Shown: positions 19,301-29,700 of the stretch, piece after piece
How positions within the stretch are numbered: the stretch's first letter is position 1
Layout: every line of letters starts with the position of its first letter
NCBI GenBank assembly: GCA_045631675.1
Contig: JAZQVF010000068.1
Span: 1 to 35,532, forward strand
Length of the DNA: 35,532 nt
Origin: Candidatus Stercoripulliclostridium sp.
Lineage (GTDB): Bacteria; Bacillota; Clostridia; Christensenellales; DTU072
Direction: 5' to 3'
The notes under the pieces: model-generated
Database searches by the model: none
Seen by the model: the letters and a program-made list of their open reading frames with translations, nothing else
Told to the model about the DNA's origin: nothing
Made by a program: the position numbers and the translations under genes

Positions 19301-20588
19301 CCTAAGTTATAAGGTTTCTCGCAACGGTAAGTTATACGATACCACTACCTTATACGGTAGATACTATGAAGTAGAAAAGGCAACCCTTATTGCAGGCAAC
19401 GAATGGAGTGGAAATATGAGTATTCTTGCACAAGGTGCAGGCGAATATGAAATTCTACAAGGCTCACTTTCAGCAAGTGCTAACTATAGACTTTACTTTG
19501 TAGGCGGAGTATATTACCAAATTGACAAAGCAAAGTTGACGGTAACCTTTGAAGGCGAAGAAGGTGCAATTTACGATGGCACCAACAAGTTCATAAGTTA
19601 CGAAATCCACGGTGTTCTTGCAGGCGATAGCGTAGGCGTAAGCCAAAGTTACGATGGCGACAACTTGAACGTAACCGAAAAGGGTTATCGCACGATAATT
19701 AGCATCAACACCCCCAACTATTACTTAGAAGGTGGCGTATCAGAATGGTATTATATTGCTCCTGCAAGGATGCAAGAAATAATAGTTCCCGAAAGCAAGC
19801 CAATCATCTATGATGGAGCAAAGCACTATCTTGAACTAAAAGACGTTGAAAGGGGAGCAAAGGTAAGTTATGCAGGAAGTCAAACTGCACCATACTTCGT
19901 AGAACCGGGCACCTATTCAGTAATAGCAACGGTATCCAAACCCAACTACGTATCTCTTGAAGTTGAACTAAAACTTACCATTGCCAAGGCAAAATACGTA
20001 GTATATCCCCTTGACGTACCCGGCTCACTTGAGTACGGCGATGCACTCCCAAGCCTAATGTGTGATAGCACCCTTGGTTATATTGCACTTGACCCAGGCC
20101 AAGTACTACTACCAAGCGTTACCACCTATACTTGGACCTTTACTCCCTACTCACAAGACTTCTATAAGTACTATGAAGGTAATTCATTAGATGGAAGCAC
20201 CATTACTGGTACTATAGAGTTAAAGGTAGGCAAGGCAAAGGCAAACATAGAAGTAAAGGGCGAACTCCTACAAACTGAAACCAACCCAAGTGCAATCATC
20301 GGTTTCGTAAACGGACTAAGCCATAATGAAAGCGAACTTATTACCATTGAATACGTAGCAGGCGACGGCACGAGATATGCAAAGATGCCTACTGCACCGG
20401 GCAAGTACACCGTACTTATCACCTATGCAGGCGATGAAAACTACGCAGAAACCACCTATACCACCATACTTACCATTGAGCAAGAAAGCAACTTTGAATG
20501 GTTGATTTACGTAGGTGGAGGAATCGGGGTACTAATGTTACTTTCAACCGTATTCTTCCTTGTAAGAAAGCAAAAGAAGATAGACTAA
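10320..20588 (+). CDS. Giant membrane-anchored surface protein B (3422 aa): N-terminal signal/TM, tip domain, InlB-B-like repeat, GxGNYxG Ig-like repeats, many MBG-type repeats, C-terminal TM
   Basis: RBS GAGAGG 10308-10313. AKPNYGYYFAGW. EGVGNYTGT, EGRGNYAGT, TGVGNYKGS. Repeated PxxAGxYxV...NY modules. C-terminus WLIYVGGGIGVLMLLSTVFFLV-RKQKKID (TM plus basic tail, no LPXTG). Confidence 0.85.
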   Translation: MKEQNQIIQMENNVEVVSKKTNPLLKFLKFALIGVTAFIVLTVLFAVGADVINPTVDSVMHKMGITESIVADTSPVAHAWTSPAVGSGGGGGGVNLSSNQDSRAKTVAPLTNSGYDAGTSLWHYVYTVSGGTIDGNGGFTTGGYALAAVDFKAIYYVDIKVTEEMRNAIKNGQLSSISVSLYADSNGAKENWYEAASAKATLQFSAFMLSTADSTYENKDASINNFPTSYHKSHIINDQWTDYVPVDDHKQYTANLSLSLTGSETKIRFGWAWKLTYASRSSTQTSLYASAPTISTSFKIASGYTTGKIQYKVNTDGNQGTKGGTIEPIVAGNYSNFSGGINNGSVTHQVGYGKNVSIVAKPNYGYYFAGWKISGGNGGRTITSGYTSRYPQINIPGGGYVSSSTVVATACFRKITTQNVAASFDAGDVNVEWDYLQDANGNAIAQGPSVTVPTINDGDESCSFEITGGIINTNKLPENTTMNNIVNPMYYSVDGSLFNYQSENKMPTEAGTYRMVARIFVKGETGTPQAELGFVYQDFKINPISIVSNDEYTVTFEPFDGETEVIPSHVFNNEFYTPNPERLRIKLTFKADGSEIYYVLKSDDYTKFDKNEGGSYANNKYATSSTYVTALTVNATNSGKNNFTGINTECYFTILPRDISTLNMKVAFASEIQAKYGVYVAQDQAVLGKGLSYNGYQHRPDVVYIELYDDKGVTYSLYRTGVGNDYVKLYDENYVTVGTDATYAPLFRILNVDIDEYGITGNNADVDATRAYYNNVNAFTYNGSNSANAPRFTIVMDPDGSGDLVGQRDIYFNIAKMDLSEHEYTVDNQADDEKRIYMGEPWHHGGDANWKMATELVFVNVKVDAVWKYNDGTYVAQKNPVITHVFANENYSKLDLSVETNKKAFDEIVRIKLGADLGDGKQLVDKKASNGTITGQEYFTTWSGTFSITGYENNVNVTRDDDGNVIAGAKVNVKFVGNSESTATTAFKINPVDLSKPYKDGAKNAGFFDDGQGGHLDILANESYDGTIFMPKPTIAAHLKGVSSGTALNENVDFFYTYGDSNYDNVNVASGGIVYVEGVGNYTGTISITFNIIPMRITSVIAKSSLAPKEYVGEVPNYQLEAGTTLTFEITYQKGATAPTKTYTLTYGVDFENLGTKSTNFAVSTLESKSNFIHLQFTGLNPDSGYVYGTGGNFYYDGVVKVYFAITERQLSSIENSLGNNVYTQWSTTGYTQIVYDGTVKQNLSVRCYGQGIASELEATMGDIVVKDGAKYLEYGVDYVVSGWGDQTTNLNAGNGAIVILEGRGNYAGTLEVPFTILQRDISNMNTDGIVLEGYSFAYAGVTITPNVNSVSYDDGSLTLTLSTNDYEVSYTNGSRDNLNVKNGGAVVITGVGNYKGSRVRTFDITPIDQTLTFDSNVYDYNDIAHLKVEENEVAKPYADYFVNADGEYVVTLKATTTAVSSGKASDVVFMQTNANGFESNKANVTIVSTVVENGIATTTATFKFGNTSYGIVHVYATHVDEYGNYNSYARSEYTFKIYGKRQNSAPGIESLYQITYGDTAFTVFTDLKSEALIGVNDYKLVYDEDVLTISKVTSSNKPAFTIDERAVSSEEGTAVKFAHGDYVGLTVTNGVVSNDERAFIAFEKTFTVKVLKRELHISVVRKEVEFGTKPADITFEYSYKTPVREGGIVTGWVNGNVNGDTFNDIVVGLKTDYSPTLHSDVGVHTLNVLTTDQNFMVVSQNYEISYGTGEFEITKKKLTLSLNGIAAGNLDMIAFSKLYGASNPTGLRLGFVGLINETDSSAESFVAPTIAFVDENGNAIDEFTTAGTYTVRTIGGSAPNYEFVQGEFRMEIKPTSVRIALDSKTEDYTGLSVEPNAPIISGIAGGVEPIEGYTITFNLLDSAGAVVPGGAMATSAGGYKIGVIFTPATEEKNYVRTEVDFANAIVINKVAPIITFQNYAVEYSGDEIDARLIRPSVSGIGEEPKVTTVARKLFASSDQAGDIAFDNCHIAGNYELFFTETPPTNKGNYDVIFVYQANPQDNYTDLVVRFNSAITITTGIATVTQRVEKVNVTFNAKGHSLSLEEHFFPITYKPSDGASMNIDGSNTQILYKVDGVYTTELPVNAGSYDVLVRFVPVASDADVVTEWDYEFAGMLVIDYVDIFDPSRNYVSLSRSQTTYVYNGYGHPLDPLTDVQLNGVPGDTSKPKGTISIAYYKGGNMYLEPKDAGTYDVQVTYTTVLGDNYRPISSQTKVFSQAVVINKAKVTINSITPVSYVYNGAGKNADGASCYGVQLKDGTYEIPEGTLSYKYRKSGTANEFTATLPKDVGDYDVRITYTAVLGGNYLDGTEITETRRITITKATPTIIINDMVFNYGEEIVVNYTVRGAQFDLEGPMNEIKANPSAVVIKYGTRFTAVGGGTSYEWSLTPPTKSGKYAIRIEFSPASNSNYNAAIQPQYDVLTIKNIVPSFEFEPKTVAYDGGRHVANEVKVYYGEGSSKVYYTKWDGIQEGGNFYRGTLGYEYRKSGSSVWTTVAPSAVGVYDVRVRYYENGMSDVFTSATSEYLSALTIEQLIINVMPIYGQGHLYDGVSIDGGAIAYVYSYEKDGYKYNVYTRAGDLDRKEVIDFSEAEYVQENGYVYTILTDASLLNEAWLTYYEKALRLVSGSFIDGETLVSFEFSALGVSEGKGEFTAENGKRYVVDLDLNLVYLSDETNYTLSNQNGYYFSIVDGKGAVNVIEIIPQNVVYGEGSNVGLYTVTTAGKQTVYSVNLETLTASANGEVYTIYKNVGIISYNTGSSVAQIKVDFSSFYEVTEEGVAVYKSANGNAYLIDLNTSNVEKVAVLNVDTVEFEYASYYGAIETATVDVSALSAIYTANAYVGEYEVRADLKVIIDLERGVARIPTYYLLQEVSTGLYSFTNANGIPEAFSTALLTKTNKVNEYIYNSNMGVTYIVDFNKMIVRDVSTKYLFDGKDARLYQEINGEEVGFDVDVRNLSYKVSRNGKLYDTTTLYGRYYEVEKATLIAGNEWSGNMSILAQGAGEYEILQGSLSASANYRLYFVGGVYYQIDKAKLTVTFEGEEGAIYDGTNKFISYEIHGVLAGDSVGVSQSYDGDNLNVTEKGYRTIISINTPNYYLEGGVSEWYYIAPARMQEIIVPESKPIIYDGAKHYLELKDVERGAKVSYAGSQTAPYFVEPGTYSVIATVSKPNYVSLEVELKLTIAKAKYVVYPLDVPGSLEYGDALPSLMCDSTLGYIALDPGQVLLPSVTTYTWTFTPYSQDFYKYYEGNSLDGSTITGTIELKVGKAKANIEVKGELLQTETNPSAIIGFVNGLSHNESELITIEYVAGDGTRYAKMPTAPGKYTVLITYAGDENYAETTYTTILTIEQESNFEWLIYVGGGIGVLMLLSTVFFLVRKQKKID

Positions 20589-20594
20589 CGTAAC

Positions 20595-20624
20595 GCGTAC
20601 GGAGAAGAGTATTTTTCCGTACGC
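20595..20624 (+). promoter_or_regulatory. Intergenic RNA stem-loop without U-tract (stabiliser/processing element or weak terminator)
   Basis: GCGTACGGAGAAG-agta-TTTTTCCGTACGC: 13-bp stem with two G-U pairs, starting 7 nt after the gene B stop and followed by ACCTAACC rather than a T run. Confidence 0.6.
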
Positions 20625-20712
20625 ACCTAACCTATTAATATAACGCGCGCAAGCGAAAAAACTAAAATAAAAAAATCCGAGCGCAAGGCAACTTGCCAAC
20701 ACGGAGGCATAT

Positions 20713-23700
20713 ATGAACAAAGCAAGACTACTAAAACCTACCAAATCCACCTTGTTTATCGTGATGCTAATGGCACTCACACTTGTTTGTGGTATTATCT
20801 TTAGTTCTTTAAGTTTAACTAAAGGCACCATCGCTGAGGCTATGAGTTTACCTACGGGCAACACCAACGTTGCTGCGGGTACTTTTGGAAGTAATAGCAC
20901 GGTGCAACGTAGGGGACAAAGCGCAATTTCTACGACGGTTGGTCAAGTGAGTGACTTTACCATTGTTGACAACGTTTCTTGGTTATATTCACAAGGAATC
21001 ATTAGTTCCTCTCCCTCTATGTCAACTTCTGCCAATAGTTGGTCGGCTGGTAGCGCACAAAATGGTAGTCCAATTCTTTACCATATAGGTTTTTTACATA
21101 CTTATAAAATTACTGAAGCACAATATAGGGGCATCTTAAACGGTCAAATTGCCGTTAGTTCAGAAATTAAGTCGGGAAACCTTACTATGACTACGTTGGA
21201 CTTAAGACTTTGGAACTACGTAGGAATCGGTACGGCAAGTAGTGATGCAAATGCTTTAACCTTTGACGGATTTAACGAAGTTAAATACATAATAAACCCC
21301 AACGTTTCCGGTAACAGCGATGGAAACAAGTGGACCAGTAAAGATTTTACGGGTGCACGCACTATTAGTAGACAAAATTTAACCAACACTTCACAAAGCG
21401 TGTCCGGTGGAAACTATTATTATAGAATAGGTTTCTTTATTGAAATTTGGCCTGACCGTCAAGAAACGTTATCCCTTTCAAACGTTTCAATGAGTGGCGA
21501 GTTGTATGAAAACAAGAACCTTATGACAACTCCTGGTACTATTTCCAGTTATCCAATGGAAATGGAATCTTATAGGGGTAAAGAATATCCAGCAACAACC
21601 AACAATAACTTCTTGCAAAGTGGCTTTGAGACCATCAGTAGCACCACTTACTCAACGACGCTTACGGACAATTTCTCAACGGCAGACGATACTCTTGCAA
21701 GTTCAAGTCAAGCAGGTCACTTTGCTCAAAGCAACTTGTGGGAAAGAGTTATGGCAAGGGAGAGTAGTACGAGTTACGGTACAACGGGAACGGATTCCAT
21801 TGTATTCTTCTATACCTTTGCACTAACTGATGAAGTTTACAATGGCTTAAAGAATGGTAGTTTAGAACTTTCTGCAAGTGGCAGTTATTCTGCAGGTGGC
21901 ACTTCGGCGCCCGACTTTTATGCTTGGATGTATGTTGGTCTTGGTAAAGATACTTCTGCAGGAGACGTAAGTTATCTTAAAGAATTTAATGAAATAGTGG
22001 GTGCCGTTGCAAGCAATGGTGAAACTGGTGGTGCGACTAAAGTACTGGGTGAGGCTTTTAGTGAGTCAAACACCTATAAACCAAGTTCATTTAGTGGTTT
22101 CAAATTTACTTCATTAAGTTCTACTCAAAACAGCCATAGTTACTCTGATAGTTCTTCAGGGACTAAGTATTTGCGTATAGGTATGTATGCAAGGGTATAT
22201 GGAGCAACGGATTCCACTTTTACTTTCAAAGTACATAATATGAGTTTAAGAATTGCCGAGCCACCAATTGCGGGCAACCAAATGAGTACTCCCGGAACGG
22301 TATTTGAAAGTGGCTCTTATAGTGGCACGGGTGGCGGCGGACAAACCTATTATGGTTGGCATTCACAAAGAGACGTTATGTACCAAAACAAGGAGCAAAA
22401 CTCCATTGCTGAAATTAGTTCAACGGGAACTTACACAAGAACGAATTACAATGATTTTACTCTTGTAAGCGACACTGACGGTTATAGTGGTAATACGGAC
22501 TCTGAATTTTTAATGATGTCATCATCCTATCCGGGATGGTCTCGTAATACTTCAACCACGAAGTATATGGATAACGTTATCTTTATGGTAACCTACAAGT
22601 TGTCAGATTCCATTTATAGGGGACTATTAAATGGTACCTACTATATTACGACGGAAGGTGGTGCATCAGCAGGTGTTGTTGGTGGCAGTGGCGACGTAGA
22701 TACTTGGATGTATATTGGTCTTGGAAATGCAGCAAGTGATAATGATGCAAAAAAATATCTTGGTTTTAAAGAAACGTCATCTATCATTGGTGCAAAGTCA
22801 GATCAAGCAGGTGGTACTTCATATAGGTCAATTAGCATAAATAACATAGATACTCGTTCACCATACGTAAGTGGTTTAAAGACCGGTGCTATCCAAACCT
22901 TAAATGAATCTTATTCAAGTGGTACTAAATATATACGTATTGCAATGTTTGCAGAAGTATGGTCTGGTGACGATACCTCTTCACGCACCACAAAAATAGA
23001 TAGTGTTTCTTTAAGAATTAACATTAATGAAGCAACAAGCATAAGTAAGAGTTCAAGTAGTTCAAACGTAAGCAAGCAATCATCTATGACGCAACCAAGC
23101 GATTGGAACGTTTACTATTATGATGACGATTCCAATAGTGGTATTTATAGTGACCAAACTCAAATGGTAACTATATCTAGCTCTGGAAGTGGTTCCAGTT
23201 TCCAACTAAATAGCAATAATTATGTTGATGGTGCAATAACACAAACAAACAGTGGCGTTAGATTTAGTGGCTCAAGTGGCTTTGGAACGTCAAGTGGCGT
23301 TGATGCCAATAGTTACTTAAACTTTACTTATTTTGCGAATAGGGGTTCTTCAGGTACGTTTGCAGATGGTTTAGCAAACTCAATTGCTATAAGATACGAG
23401 TCTGGAAATTCTAACTTAAATCAAACTTTCTATATTGGTTTCTTCTACACAATAAAGTTGGATGAAAACGTTTTTGCAGGACTTTTAAGTGGAAAAATTA
23501 AGTTAAATGCGCAAATGCAAGGAACCAACACGGGTGAAAACTTAAATACTTGGTTTAATGGTAATCAATACGTGTATTTTGGCTTAGGAACTGCTAATGA
23601 TGATGCTGATGCAATGGGTGGAACTTCCTTTAGAGAACTTGTTGGAGCAATTTCAGAAGGCAAGGAATATCTTGACCAATCATCAAGTTTCAGTATATCT

Positions 23701-26700
23701 AACTTTGATTTCCTCAGTAAGAGTGCATCTGGTGCAACATTTACTGCTGGCGCTTCCAATAAAAACATATCCACAACCAATTCTAAATATCTAAGAATTG
23801 GTGTTTGGATGAATCTATATCATACTGAATCAACGAATGCGTGGATTACCTTTAAACTTAATCCTTTCACTTTAGAGATAATTCCAAGCAAGGATACTAC
23901 GACGCCAACCTTTGGTGGTTACACTTCTAATGGTGGCACTAACTATGCAAATGGTCCGATTACCATTCAAGATAGCAGTGGTCTTGATAGATACACTATA
24001 AACGATGGCTCAAGTAACTGGACGGCAGACTTTGCAAACGTAAGAAGCACTTCCATCCCCACAACTTTACAAGCGTTAGGTACAATTAACGGCAAGTCCT
24101 ATACCTTGACGGCATACGACATTTGGGGCAACTCAAGTACTTTAACCTTTACGTACTTTAGGCCGGTAATTAACGTCACGGGCGTTACGGACGGCATAGA
24201 AGGGGACTACTCTGGTGGTGGTATCGGGTTAAGCAGTGATGCAAGCACCTTTAGTGGTGATACGTATACCTATGCCTATCAAGCAAAGACTTATGGCAAC
24301 ACTATTTACGTTCATGCTAAACCTAAAGACGGCTATTACTTTGCAGGTATTTTAGTAGACGATCTCTTCGTTTCTGCACCCAACACAAACTTAGAAAGCG
24401 CACTAAATTATAGTAGAATGGATGAAAATAACTTAGAATATACCTTTAATTTCTCCATTTCTAATATGAATGAAATACCCGTAAACGGAGTAATAGGGGT
24501 TAGAGTTTACTTCAAGAGTATTGAAACGAGTGGAGCAGGCTCTTACGTATACAACAAACAAGAAAAGGAAGTCGTAGTTAACAATCTTACTGATATTTCA
24601 GGGGTAGGCGTGGTAACTTCAAGTTCAACTTATAACGGCTCTTCTTCTAAACCAATTAACGTAGACACCTATTCAGTTGTTTCAAGCGTGCTTATCAACG
24701 GACACGTAGTTGGTAAAAAGTCAAACGAACAACTTGTAATTACACCTGCAAGCGTTACTGCATCTTTCTCTGCAACGAATAGAGATTACAACGGTTCTCA
24801 AGATGCAAAAAGCATTACTTCCTATGCACTAAATGGTGTTTATGGTGGTGACGTCGTTGAACTTTCATATAGTGCAACTTTTGATAGTAAAAATGCAGGA
24901 ATAGACAAGGCTATTTCAACAACCAACTTGACTTTAACCGGTACAAATGCTGGAAATTATACCTTAAACGGCGTTAATAGTGGTACTACGACGGGTACTA
25001 TTAATGCAAAAGCAGTTACCGTAACCTTCACTGAGACAGGTATTACCAAGGTTTACGATGGTACTACTGCTATTACTCTACAAAATCAACCTTTAGTAGA
25101 TGGTATGGTAGGCTCTGAAAGTTTGGTATATGATCTTAGCGCAAACTATAACGATAAAAACGTTGGCTCTAACAAGGCGATTACCCTTGTAAGCACTACC
25201 CCTTCTTACGAGAATGGCGCAATTGCAAGCAACTATTCAATAACCTTAGTAGGAGCAAACGATCGTTTAGGTAACGTTACTCAAAAAGATATTATCATCA
25301 ACTATAATTACTCCAATAGCAAAGCATACGATGCAACCACTTCTGCACAAGTAACGTTTGCATCATTTGAAGGTAACGTTGCAGGGGACGTTCTTGACAC
25401 TACCTTTACTGCACACTACAATTCTAAAGACGTTGTTAGTGCAAACACTATTACCATTAACGTTGTGCTTACTGGCGATGATGCAGGTAACTATGCTTAC
25501 CAAGATACGTACGTAGAAAACGGTACCATTACCAAAAAAGATATTACCTTTACTGCTGAAAATAAGGAACAAGTCTACGGCGATAGTGCAAAAGAACTTA
25601 CCTATTTGGCAAGTGATTTTGCAGTTGGAGAAACGGTAAACGACTTTACCTTATCTATTACAAGAGCAAGTGGAAACGACGTTGGTACATACGTAATTAG
25701 TATTACCGCACAAAATGCTAACTACAACGTAACGGCTATTAGTGCAAACTACGTAATTGTTGTAAGAGAAATAGGTGCAACCTTTGCAAGTGCATCATCT
25801 AAGGTATACGATGGCACGAATGACGTAACGGGTCTAATTTCCTATACTCTTACCAACACCGTATACGGAGATGAAGAAAAACTTGAAATTAGTGGTATTT
25901 CTGCAAGCGTTAACGACAAAAACGTGGAAGAAAACAAGGCGATTACTATTGCAAACACCTTTACTTTGATAAATAAGCAAGGCAATGACGTAGCAAAGAA
26001 TTACCTTCTCAAGTTAGAAAACACCAATTATACTGCACTTAAAACGTCAATTACGCCCAAAGACGTAACGGTAAATTACGATTTAACTACTTCTAAAGTA
26101 TACGATGCAACGAATACTGCTACGGTTTCACTAAATGCAGTATCCCCATTTAGTGGATTGCTAATCGGAGATGACTTAGAGGCAAGCGTTAGTGCAGTTT
26201 ACAACGTTAAAGACGTAACGGCAGAAAGTATACTTGTAACCATAACTCTTACGGGTGGTACCGATGCTCACAACTATAACCTTTCTAATCCTTCAGTTAC
26301 CGTAGTTGACGGTGTTGCTATTACTAAGGCAACGCTTACCATAACTACCACTTCTACTAAGGGCTTTAATTACGTTTATGGCGATGACGTTAACGCTGAC
26401 CTTGGGGTAAGTTACGTAGGCATTATGGGTAGTGACGTAATTAGTGGCGCAACGGTAAGTATGACTGAAAACGGAAAGGGATACGTTCCTGCAACGATAG
26501 GAACAATGGTAACTCCCACCTTTGAAGAAGAACTTCAAAACTACGAAGTAAATTTGGTAGGCAAAACCGTAGTCGTTGATAGAAAGGGACTTACCGTTAC
26601 TTACGTTGGTGAAACCATCGTTTATGGCGCTACTCCCGTAGGAACTATTTCATACAACGGATTCGTTGAAAATGAAAATGCAAGCGACCTTGTAAAACAA

Positions 26701-29700
26701 CCAAGAGTAATTTTTGATTCCTTAATCCCCACCACCGAACCAAAGTTTATAAAAGTTGGTGGATATGCAGGAATTATCCCACAAGGTGCAGAGTCTGCAA
26801 ACTATAACTTCACTTACGCTGAAGGAACTCTTACCGTAACTAAGAAAGCAATTACTGCAGTTTACACAAACAGCATCGTTTACGGCGACGTTGTTGGAGT
26901 AAGTTTTGACAAGATTGCCGTTGACGGCTTAGTAGCAGGGGATAGTACAAACTCTCTTACCATTGCATCTGCAGACCTTTCATCCTACGTAATCGTAGGC
27001 GAACACGTTTTAGATGCAAGTGATATAGCAATTACTGCATCCAACTACACCGTAAGCGTAAGTGGTACTTTAACCATAACTAAGGCAACGCTAACTCTAA
27101 GCGTAGCAGTAGACGGCAACGTAACTTACGGCGACGATGCAAACGCAAAACTTTCAGTAGAAGTTAGTGGATATAAGAATGGGGACGACCAAGCAGTATT
27201 TGGTGGCACGCTCCCCACAGTTTCCACCCTTACCACCAACGCAAGTGGTTTGGTAGATGCAGGTACCTACACCGTAACTACCGAGTATGCAGGTGCAGAA
27301 CTTCAAAACTACACCGTAGTACACTCTACTAAGAGCATTACCATAGCAAAAGCATCTCTAAACGTAAAATATATTGGAAAGAGCATCGTTTACGATGGAA
27401 AATCTTCCTATTTACCATCTACCTATATAACGAAAGCAGACGTTGAAGTTACCGGATTTGTAGGTGGCGAAAATATCGCGTTTGAAATTTCTCACTACGG
27501 CAATAACAATCCTTTAACTTCAGTTGGTAGCGTTGAGTCCGTATTAGTATTCCTTATGGATGAAACCACTACCTTTAAGAACTATACCATCGTTCGTGAA
27601 GGTGGAAAATTTGAAGTTACACCTTGTCCCGTAACCTTCACTATTTTAGACCAAGGTTCGGTATATGGCGAAGTGGTAGAGTTAAAGCAAGGTGTGGAAT
27701 ATTATACTTCTAACGTATCTCACGCAGGTGTACCTACCCTTAAGTTTGAAGGCGAAACTCCCGTAAACCAAGGCGAATACGCAATTACGGGTACGTATAC
27801 CAATGCTAACTATAATGCAACTTTCGTAAACGGCACCTATACTATTTCTGCTCGTGAAGTTACTATTAACTTGCTTGACCAATCAAGCGACTACGATGCA
27901 AACGAGCCTATCTTAGACCAAACCAAGTGGGAATATGCAGAAGGCTCATTGAAGATTTTGGCTGGAGACTCTACAAACTTCAACGTTCAAAAGGCATTAG
28001 GCGTAAACGCAGGCTCTTACGAGATTAGTGGTAGTTATAGTGACGCTAACTATTCTTTAACTATCAACACTGCAACCTATACCATCAACAAGATTGCACT
28101 CACTGCAACCATTGAATTTAAAGTAGAAAACAAGACGGTAAAGAAGAGTGGACTTCTAACGTTGGTTGGTAGTGACTTTACTATAACTTATAGTGGCTTT
28201 GTCGGTGGCGAAAACAGTTCCGTATTTACGAGACACGTTGAAGTTGACCTTGCAACTCTTAGAACGTACGATCTTGGCACTTACGCTATCCCATACGTTG
28301 AAGGTGAATCAACTAACTATAACTTCACTTACGTAAGTGGTCAAATCATAATAGTTGCAGACCTAATAGTAATCACCCCCGTAGGTTTCACTTTTGAAAA
28401 CGCAACCTATGATTACGATGGCGTTGAAAAGACTCTCCAATTCGTGTGGCCGGATAAACCCGAGCACGTAACCATCACTCACGTTATCACTAAAGGTGGA
28501 GAAGTTGTTTACGAAATGAAGAATGCAGGCGAATACGTAGTTACTGCATATCTCTCTACTTCCGATCCTAATAGTATGATTGCAGAAGACTTTGAAGAAG
28601 TTGCAAGAACCCTTACCATCAACAAGGTAGCAGTTAGCGCAACCTTCTCTGCAATAGACCTAAGCAAGCCCTATGACGGAAAGGTAGAAATTGCACTTTC
28701 TAACCAACCTATAGTAGCAGGTATGATAGGAGAGGAAACCCTAAAGTTCAACCTAAACGCTAAGTTTAGCGACAAGAACGTTGGTGTGGATAAGGCTATC
28801 ACACTCGTTGACTTAGCACCTATCTATGAAAACGGTGCGCTTGAAGAAAACTACGTCGTTAACGTTTTAGGTAACGATACTTTAACTGCAAGCATCACTC
28901 CTATTGCACTAAGCGTAAACTTTACACCCGTAACAACCAAGGTATACGATCGCACTCGCTCACAAGAAGTTGCGTTTGACGGTTTCGTAGGTCTTGTTGA
29001 CGGCGACGACGTAACTGCAGTGCTAAGCGCAGAGTACGATGCAGAAGACGTTGAAAGCGCAAGTGAAATTACCGTTTCAATCGCTATAACCGGTGTAGAC
29101 GTATTGAACTACGTTCTCGCTTCTTCAGAAGAAAAAGTTGCAGGTAGCATTACTCCTAAGAAGGTAACGGCAACGTTTAAGACCGTAGCGTTAAGCAAGG
29201 AATACGACGGCAACGTTGAAATTGCTTTACATAATCAGCCTGAGGTTGTAGGACTACTTGGTGGCGATGAAATTTCCTTTGCTCTTGATGCAACCTTTGC
29301 TGACAAGAACGTGGGAATCAACAAGACGATAACCCTAAAAGACCTAACTCCTTCAGCACTTGGTGCAACCAAACTAAGCAACTACGAAGTAGAAGTACTT
29401 GGTACCGACACTTTAACTGCATCAATTAGCACTAAGGCAATAACCATTACCCTAAAAGACCAACACCACGTTTACGATGGCACTAATCCTACGGTTGCTC
29501 AAGGTAGTGATTGGTACGACGTAACTGCAGGCTCAGTGATTGCAGGTGATGAACTTGACGTAAGAATTACCAAGACCGGTACTTCACCTAACGCAGGCAA
29601 TTACCCACTTAGCGCAGTAGCATATAATGCAAATTACAACGTACACGTAGTTGGCGCTAAGTTCTATATTGATAGAGCGGAAACCATCGTTTACTTTGAT

